Origin: the human T2T-CHM13v2.0 reference genome, Homo sapiens
DNA length: 64,000 nt
Strand: one strand, 5' to 3'
NCBI RefSeq assembly: GCF_009914755.1
Contig: NC_060934.1
In this document: positions 55,028 to 64,000 of the stretch, in pieces
Numbering within the stretch: position 1 is the stretch's first letter
Layout: each line of letters starts with the position of its first letter
Notes under the pieces: generated by a model
The model's input: the letters and a program-made list of their open reading frames with translations, nothing else
Told to the model about the DNA's origin: nothing
The model's database searches: none
Program-made: the position numbers and the translations under genes

Positions 55028-55309
55028 GGCTGGGCGTGGTGGCTCACACCTGTAATCCCGGCACTTTGGGAGGCTGAAGTGGGCGGATCATCTGAGGTGG
55101 GGAGTTTGAGACCAGTCTGACCAACATGGAGAAAACCCATCTCTACTAAAAATACAAAATTAGCCAGGCATGGTGGTGCATGCCTGTAATCCCAGCTACT
55201 CAGGAGGCTGAAGCAGGAGAATCGCTTGAACCCGGGGGCGGAGGTTGCGGTGAGCCAAGATCGCGCCATTGCACTCCAGCCTGGGCAACAAGAGCAAAAC
55301 TCAAAAAAA
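55028..55309 (+). mobile_element. AluSp-like
   Basis: Alu consensus. Confidence 0.9.
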
Positions 55310-56126
55310 GGAGCAGTGTCCAACTTGCAATGCAAGTCTGATATGTGTTTGACAGTATTCAGAGGGAGTTGACACTATACATGGCTTGAGAGTTGCAAAT
55401 CTGTTTCTCCAAAGCACATCACCTGCCAGGTCTGTGTAAAACTGCATAGATCAGGAAGAAGCATACGAGAGCACCATCGTGGCCTGAACTCGTTAGGTTC
55501 TTGGACTTGTTTACAGCAACCCATCCCACATTTTATTTTTCTTAGTCTTTCTCTCCAAATTCCAAAGGTCTTGGCTGTATTGTTTTTTGAACTGATGTGT
55601 CAAATGCACTCACACCTCAGATGGGTTTCTTCTCGGCTTGCAACTAATGCATTTTTTATAAAGCTCTGTCTCCAGTTTCCTTTCAAACTGCAGAGAGGAT
55701 ATCCTTTTGCTCTTAAGCTTCAGAGTGATTTTTTTTCCTTCAAAGTAAAGCATTAACCTCCAGAGTTCTGTAAATGGGTTTGATGTACATATTATGGGAG
55801 TAACAAGGAGCTGGATGCTGAAGTTTTCATTGGAGTTTATGTGATACACGAGAAGCCTGTTATATTTCAAGATATTTCAGGTTTTCCTAACAGTATCCAA
55901 GCAGTAAGCATTACATATATACTGATACATATGCCACTGAGTTTTTTCCTTTACCTTTCTTTTTTTTTTTTTTTAGTAAATGATACGTGTTCATTTTAGA
56001 ATACTTAAAACATATAATTTTTAAAAATCACCTGCAATTCTACCAGCCAGAGGTAACCACTGTTAACAACTTCCTTCTTTTTTCTGTACATGCTTATAAA
56101 TACTGCTCTTAAAAATGTGATCAGGC

Positions 56127-56471
<345 letters not shown>

Positions 56472-56719
56472 TTAAAGCTGTAGGCAGCTATTGGTACATA
56501 GTTTTTGGATGCTGCAATTAGTCTGTAGTTACAATCACAACTAACTATAAAAATAAGTGTTTTTGAAATTAAAAAAATACAAGCAGGCAGAACATATTAT
56601 GTAACAGTAAGTGTATCATGAACATTCCTCTATGCCATTCAATATTCTTCTATACTAGTATATATTGAGAAAAAAAAAAACTTTCCCTTCTCAATGCAAA
56701 AGCAGCACATACTATTTAG

Positions 56720-57349
<630 letters not shown>

Positions 57350-57382
57350 TAAAGCATTTTTTTGGAGGGGCTTTTCTCCTGC

Positions 57383-57745
57383 TGATATGGTTTGGCTCTG
57401 TGTCCCCACTCAAATCTCATTTTGAATTGTAATTCCCACGTGTCAAGGGAGGGACCTGATGGGAGGTGGTTGGATCATGGGGTGGTTTCCTCAAACTGTT
57501 CTCGTGATAGTGAGTGAGTTCTCACGAGATCTGATGGTTTTCTGTTTGGCAGCTCCTCCTTCGTTTTCTGTTTCCTGCCCCCTTGTGAAGAAGGTGCTTG
57601 CTTCTCCTTCACCTTTTGCCATGACTGTACGTTTCCTGAGGCCTCCCCAGCCACGTGGAACTGTGAGTAAATGAAACCGCTTTCCTTTATAAATTACCCA
57701 GTCTCGGGTATTTCTTTATAGCAGTGTGAAAATGGATGAACACAC
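57383..57745 (+). mobile_element. THE1D-type MaLR solo LTR
   Basis: TGATATGGTTTGGCTCTGTGTCCCCAC start; THE1 consensus throughout. Confidence 0.88.
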
Positions 57746-57871
57746 CTGCATTCAGTCTTTCCAATGGCTTCGACTAATTTCGCCAGCTTCCGCCACCTCC
57801 TCATCCCTACCCCTGAAGTCACTGGATGCTTTCCAATCAAAAGTTGTCTCTTGGTCTTTGAGAGTGTTCAC

Positions 57872-58177
57872 TTTTTTTTTTCTTTTCTTTTTTGAGACGG
57901 AGTCTCACTCTGTCGCCCAGGCTGGAGTGCAGTGGCGCCATCTCAGCTCACCGCAACCTCTGCTGCTCAGGTTCAAGCAATTGTCCTGCCTCAGCCTCCT
58001 GAGTAGCTGGGATTACAGGCACCTGCCACTGTGCCTGGCTAATTTTTTTTAGTTTTAGTAGAGACGGGGTATCACCATCTTGGCCAGGCTGTTCTTGAAC
58101 TCCTGATCTTGTGATCCTCCCCCCGCCTCAGTCCCCCAAAGTGCTGGGATTACAGGTGTGAGCCACCATGCCCGGCC
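57872..58177 (-). mobile_element. AluS
   Basis: TSD gagagtgtt(c/t)acttt. Confidence 0.92.
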
Positions 58178-59191
58178 AGAGAGTGTTTACTTTCTAAAGC
58201 TGTATGCTATCATAACGACAGGGTCATGGTGCACGCAGGCTCCTGGCTAGAAATCAGTGTCCAGCCAGTGTCCGGGAGTCAGTCGAACATTTAAAATAAG
58301 TCCACTGTGCCATGACTAGTGAACCGATCCCACTGGGGCAAGGCACGGGAGGAACGGGCTGTGGTTAAGGTTGCCAGGCAACATTAATGGGGGCAGGTAG
58401 GAAGGACAAACGCACTGGAACACCGCATGGTATGATGATAAAAACAAACACGGAATCTGAACAAGAGTCAAAGCTGCCTGTGGCTATCGGTCCATGTTCT
58501 AGGAAGCATCAGGGAGAGGCAGGAGGGGGAGAAAGTGGTATAGCTCACACTAGTGAAATATTTCCCAGAAGGACAGAGCACCGTTACCGTGTGCATCACC
58601 GGAGGGGGACGGGGTTAGCCTGGGTTTTGTTAATTGAGTCACTTCTGATGTTCTCTGTCTAGTGGTTAGAAATACATCATTTTTGGAGGGTACTTAATTT
58701 GATAATACACAGAGTAAGTGTTCTCTATTTTAATGTATTCTCTTTCTCCCTCCATTGCTAGAGTATAGCAGAAAATAGTTTTTCTAACTGAACCTGCAAC
58801 TGGGCCACCACTTCAGTGAAACAACTTAGGATGCTTAATTTCCTGTGTAAAGTCATTTTTCACTCCAGTTCACGGGGAGGGCGCTCCATGTTTTGAATGT
58901 CTTGGCACCGTGTTGGAGGATACACACAAATGCAAGGCTAGACGGCTGGTTTCCGACTACTCCTCCTTTGATTGCGCTTGTATCAGCTTCGCTTTTGGAA
59001 AGCATTTGAAAGAAATCATAAAGTAGCTTAGTTTCAAAGTTTAGGTTTAAAATGCCTTTCCATGTTTCAGTGAACAGTCCAAAATGGCCAAAAATAAAAC
59101 AATTAAAAAGGCCTTTAACTATCAGGTCTATTTGGAATATCAGTGTGTGTAAAGCATGTGGGGCACTACCCACTCCAAGCTCCATTTCTAG

Positions 59192-59489
<298 letters not shown>

Positions 59490-59517
59490 AGAACATTCTT
59501 TTTTTTTAAAACTGTGA

Positions 59518-60208
59518 TTCATTTAAACATTCTTTTTAATTTCACCAATAACAAAATAGAAATAAATATTTATATACACACATATCTGTATATATTACTT
59601 TCGGGGGGATAATCAATTTCACGCATTTGAGGTTACAAAACATAATAGGAGTTGATCTGTGTAAATTCAAGTTGCTTTGAATCGCTAGCGTTTATTAAAT
59701 TCTCATGGAGTACAACCTGCATCTCTTTGGTCGATCTATTGACACAATTTCTCCAATTATAGAAGAGCACTGAGGGGGCGGTATTAGGGGAAAAGGCAAG
59801 TCCACGTGATCTAAGACAATGGGATGCAGCGGAAAGGAGAGCGCTGTAAAAGGCTCCTGATCCATCCATCCCATGATAAGGCCACTGTCCAACCAGCCTG
59901 ACCCTCCTCTCAATCTTGGGTTCTGTGATAAAGGCTCTGGGTTTGGGCTGATGGGAGAAGGGGAGTCACTTCTGGTAACTGGCAGCACTGGGAGGCCAGG
60001 ACTCACTGTCGTCAGAATGACTCGGTTGCATATTCATGGAAACCTCAGGTCCAACTTTAATCAGTCCACTCTTGCTGGGCAAAGGGGAGAGAGGGCATCC
60101 TGAACATGTTTTCACCAGGGCCTGAAATCTTAACAGCCTGACATCACAAGGCTCAGATTCCAGTGGAAAGATGGGTGATACACACACACATAAATAAGCA
60201 AGATAATT
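59518..60208 (-). other. BEND7: 3' UTR of BEND7 distal terminal exon
   Basis: Follows the stop at 60209; minus-strand AATAAA 59691-59696 and ATTAAA 59535-59540; end approximate. Confidence 0.6.
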
Positions 60209-60534
60209 TCAGAGAGAGAGGCAAGAGATGTGAAGGGTAAGAGACTTGGCTGAGCCTGGCGTGGGAAAGTTGCGAATCCCTCTCTGATGATGAAGTGTAG
60301 CTGAGACCTGAGTTATGAGGAATGAATGGTGCTTGAAGTCTTGGCTGGTTTGGGACAAAGCTCCTGTTTCAGCTCTGTCTCTGGTAAGGTTGTTCAGGAG
60401 CACGAGATGCTGCTCCTCCCAGGGTTCTGCCATCTGTCCCTTTTCTTGTGACATTGTCTGAGGAGAGCTCTGCAAGACTAGGGTCACCGCTGCACTCCCA
60501 CCCGGCAGAACAGTGCAGGGCCCACCACAAGCAC
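60209..60534 (-). CDS. BEND7: BEND7 distal alternative terminal exon, coding part (108-aa C-terminal tail GACGGPCTVL...SLTLHISCLSL*)
   Basis: Translation matches my recollection of the C-terminus of the long BEND7 isoform (...GIALPPT|GACGGPCTVLPGG...). Minus-strand acceptor ttcattccacAG at 60535-60536; phase 1 (G+GT=Gly); TGA at 60209-60211. Confidence 0.88.
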
Positions 60535-60572
60535 CTGTGGAATGAATGAATGAGTGAATGAATGAATGAATG
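60484..60572 (+). mobile_element. L2 LINE 3' end with (GAAT)n tail
   Basis: tcaccgctgcactccca...agaacagtgcagggc...gtggaatgaatgaa resembles the L2 3' terminus (ttcaccgctgtatccccag...cacagtgcctggc...gttgaatgaatgaa). Confidence 0.65.
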
Positions 60573-60779
60573 GAGTAACTCACCTGTCTCCTCCAAATCG
60601 TCACACCCTGTGTCCTTATCTTAGTGAGTGCAAGTGACACCCCTCCTGGTTCGTCAGCCAGAAACTTGGTGTCAGCTTTGACACATTCTCCCTCCTCCAG
60701 CCTGAGCTGATTCTTTCTCAGGCGTGGCTTTGTGGGTTTTGAGCCCCTTCCAACAGCCTCTTCTTGGGATCCCTTGTCT

Positions 60780-61760
60780 TCAGCCCGCCGCCTCCTGCGA
60801 ATGCTCCCTGCTTCAGCCAGGCGGATCGACCTAAGATAGGACTCCGATCAACACCTTTCCCTTCAGATGCTCCGCGGCTGCCCGCGCCGTCCCAGCCCCT
60901 CGGCATGGCGCAAGGCTAGCACAGTTTAGTGCCAGGACTTGGCCCCGCCTCCCCTCTCGCCCGTCTTTTCTCTTTTATCCCGAAACCAGTCGCCCTAAAC
61001 ACCCACAGTGTCTGCCCAGTTGGTGTTCAGTAAAATGGTGCAGCTGAACTCGGGTGCTGCTGGGAAACGAGCCAGCTGTGTCCCCAGATCCTTGGGGAGG
61101 GGGGTTTGGTGGCTGGAGGATAGGAGAGGTGACGACTGAGGCAGGTGTGCAAGCGTCTTCCAGGGGAGCCTCCTGTGGCGAAATGGGGTCCCCTGGCCAT
61201 TGGGTTAGAGAGGTCTTCGAGCTGTTCTGCCAGGATACCTCAAAGCACCCATCCCTGCCAGCCCTGTGGGATCAAGGGCATCCCAGAGGCCTTGGGCCAA
61301 AAGATATGACGTGGGTCCCTGACACAAGGGACCCCAGGAAGCTGGGGGCATCAGGGCAGAGGCGAGGACTGGAGCCTGACTCCAGCTTCAGAGCAGCGCG
61401 GACACCTGCAAGACTCACGGGCTGGAGCCCACATCTGTTTTTGCAACAGCTCGCCCTGTGGCTCCCTGCCCAGGTGCGGGTGCCTTCCCAGGCAGCAGCT
61501 CCTGCCCCTACCCGCCCGCCTCTCCTCACAGCTGTCCCAGGCCCCTGTAAAACCAGGGGCCCAGAGTCAGACCCTGAATTGAACCTCCGAAGAAGCTGGA
61601 TTCCAGCCCGCTGGTGCGGCCCGCTCAGAGCAGGGGACAGAGCACGCCCGCGGGAGGCGGCGGGGGGCAGGTGCCCGGCGAGGAGTGGCGCCCTCCTGTG
61701 TTCAAAGAGGGGAAGCGAGCGATTCTGCGGCTGCAGCCGCTCAGCATCGGAGAAGATTGA
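60780..61760. promoter_or_regulatory. CpG/GC-rich island-like region between the two BEND7 terminal exons
   Basis: Non-Alu CpG clusters at about 60780-60965 and 61390-61750, with GC-box-like ccgccc/ccccgcc elements. Confidence 0.55.
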
Positions 61761-62114
61761 TTTGTCCATCTGATGTGTTGTTTCCATAGAAGCAGGGCTT
61801 AACCTTTTAAGTGAAGATTATAAAGCTACCTAATTCATTTAAAATTAGGCTTCAAGCATCTCTGTACTTAACGCTCAAGTGTTTCTGTGGGACTTGCTGT
61901 AGCCATTGATCTAACAGCCAGACACAGCCTTTCCAGCGTCTGAAGCCTTTCACTCTGGCAGCAATCTAGGTGGTCTCTTTATTTTTAAAAATTAACTTCA
62001 TCAGGAGATATAACTTCTGTGGGAGATCATCAGAGTATTAATGATACCTTTTAATTAATGAACAGCACTGACTTCTCTTCATAAACACAGGAAGACCGGC
62101 ACACAGGCAAGATC

Positions 62115-62779
62115 CGCACGCACGTTCAATTAAAGTAATTTATTGTATTCTTCCAGATCAGACATAAAGAGCATCTTGGGAATTGATACCACAACACAAT
62201 GTTATACACCATTTTCACAACCAGGCTTGCATTGAATTCTTTTTTAAAGAACATAGTAATTTTAAAAAATCTAAATATTTACATATTAATAAAACATATA
62301 TACAGAAGATTGAGACATTATCCATAGATATGGATTTTTTTTTTGCTAAGAAAGCCTATAAAAAGGTTTCTGAATAAAGACTGAACAGTAGTCACAGTAA
62401 GTAAACACAATTTTAATTTACAAAATATGATTTTGCTGTTGCAGTTTTGATACGTATTTCCAGTGTGTAGATCCGTTCATCGCACACATCTTTGGGTTGA
62501 ACAAGCTCCACCCGTCCTCAAGTGCTGAACACCCCAAGCTGTGGCCCCGCCTTGGAAGGCAGTGCTTCTGAAGGTTCCCAGCAGATCTCTTAACAGACCA
62601 CAGTTGGAAGTTAGCGTTTCTGCCTTGACCAGCAACATACTCATCCTATTTTAACACGGCGAAAGGTCACCAATTAATCTTCTCCCTTCCCTTGGGTAGT
62701 AGCTCCTTGTGGGAGGCAGAGGACGGATTTTAAAACCCATGGTGCAAAAAACACAAGAGCTGTGGTTTGCAGTCCTTCA
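62115..62779 (-). other. BEND7: 3' UTR of BEND7 proximal terminal exon
   Basis: Repeat-free, AU-rich stretch between the TGA and a minus-strand AATAAA; 3' end approximate. Confidence 0.75.
62139..62144 (-). terminator. BEND7: Poly(A) signal AATAAA, proximal BEND7 end
   Basis: tttatt on plus; GU-rich sequence (gtgcgtgcgg..ttgcctgtgtg) downstream on minus. Confidence 0.75.
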
Positions 62780-62787
62780 TCAGACCA
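62780..62787 (-). CDS. BEND7: BEND7 proximal alternative terminal exon, coding part (..TG GTC TGA = VV*)
   Basis: Minus-strand acceptor ttgttttctcaAG at 62788-62789 followed by TGGTCTGA. Same phase as the distal exon (G+TG=Val); matches the recalled isoform ending ...PPTVV. Confidence 0.75.
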
Positions 62788-64000
62788 CTTGAGAAAACAA
62801 AGGGACTGTTGTCAGGAACGGGATTACTTACTGGCCAGAAATGGAAAAAGGCTAACAAAAAGGTATGATGGAAATAATTTCTCCAAACCTTCCTTGTAGC
62901 CCCCCAAAAGAAGAAAAAGAAGCCACACATATATGAGATGTAACTTGTCTAGTAGTTAGATTGATTCTACAAGCCACGCCTAAAGCCAGCTTTTTGTTAC
63001 AGTACAGGGATGCCTTCTCTCATCTTTGATGACTGGCTGGTCTTTGGTGGAACAGGGATTTATCCCAGAGGGCCTCTCCTATCTCTAGGTTTAGCGTTTC
63101 AGTGTGATGTGACATGAATACCTTGGACAGGGTAGTCAGGAAATTCGGGTTCTAGGCAGGGCCCCAGCCACGGAGGGGTTAACGGGCTCTGGGCAACCGC
63201 TTACCCTCATTCATCCTCAGTTTCCCGGGTGGGACTGAGTAGCCTCTACAATAACTTTTAGCTCTTAACATTCTGTGCTTTGCCAAATCCAGGGCTAGGG
63301 GAAGGCACTGGAACTGCTAGTGGACAGGTGTGAACCCCGGGTTTGGTGATGTGTAGTCCAAATTGTTCTCATGCCAATTTTTGGCCTTTGGGTCAAGTGG
63401 CGAAGATTCAATGCAATTTGCTTTATACAATAAATGAAGTGTAAATGCAGTGTTTCTAAATAACACAGTGTTTTAAATTCACCATCTTATTAGAGAAAGA
63501 AATCTGGAGGTAAATATTTCTATAAAACAAATACCTTCATGGCAAGATATCTTTTTAAAATAAATCCAGATTTTCATAAATTAGTTTTATATAAAGTGGA
63601 GGGCAAGTATACTAGGAACCAAATAAATGACATAATATTAAGTACATTTTTAGCTAGTTACCACATGGTGCCAAAACCCTGTAGCACTCCGTTAAGACCA
63701 TCTGTTAAAATGGCTGTCAGGTATCATGTAGATAATTTACTGGTTTTCTCACCTTTTAATTAGTTATTTTGTCATTGTGTTGACGCAACTTAGGTGAAAG
63801 GTTTTTCTTTCCTAAGAACTCATAGGTCATTTGCACTTACTCAGTTACAAATGGCTATTTGGGGGGCACTGACGTCATGAATGATTTCATCTTACAGGTC
63901 AGAGCTATCCTATCTCCCAAAACAACTTTTTCATCTTCTAAGATGATGAAGGTCTAATTAATCTTGGCCTTCACAACTGCTCTCTCAGCACTGGAAAGAG
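62788..64000 (-). other. BEND7: Last intron of BEND7 (upstream exon lies beyond the window)
   Basis: Upstream of the acceptor; no BEN-domain coding sequence visible; contains a MIR fragment at about 63140-63275. Confidence 0.7.

Noticed and set aside
60535-60640. N-terminal 35 aa of the 143-aa ORF
   Set aside because: Intronic; includes translation of the (TCAT)n tract upstream of the acceptor.
61054-61787. Longest ORFs in the window (239 aa plus, 171 aa minus)
   Set aside because: Overlapping antisense ORFs in GC-rich DNA, G/P/A/R-rich, no domain; expected from stop-codon scarcity.

Overview
Primate (almost certainly human) genomic DNA, dominated by interspersed repeats: about 58 Alu copies or fragments, several L1 remnants, many solo LTRs, and MIR/L2/DNA-transposon relics. 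The only protein-coding sequence I recognise is the 3' end of BEND7 on the minus strand. It has two alternative phase-1 terminal exons: a proximal one (acceptor 62788-62789, adds 'VV*', AATAAA 62139-62144) and a distal one (acceptor 60535-60536, adds the 108-aa tail GACGGP...HISCLSL*). From memory this places the window at human chr10p13 between SEPHS1 and BEND7 (not verified by alignment). Almost all other ORFs in the track are repeat-derived or chance. The best leads are: (1) the distal BEND7 exon seems to be exonised from an antisense L2 tail whose (UCAU)n repeat forms the acceptor, with a CpG-rich island between the two poly(A) sites; (2) a frameshifted, Alu-interrupted coding-like relic at 26.4-27.2 kb with weak TRIM RING/B-box resemblance; (3) a duplicated minus-strand poly(A) module at 43-44 kb; (4) three LTR9B-like copies, two with intact octamers. 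I cannot establish a new biological system from sequence alone. Repeat subfamily names come from recalled consensus sequences, and boundaries are approximate unless a TSD is given.
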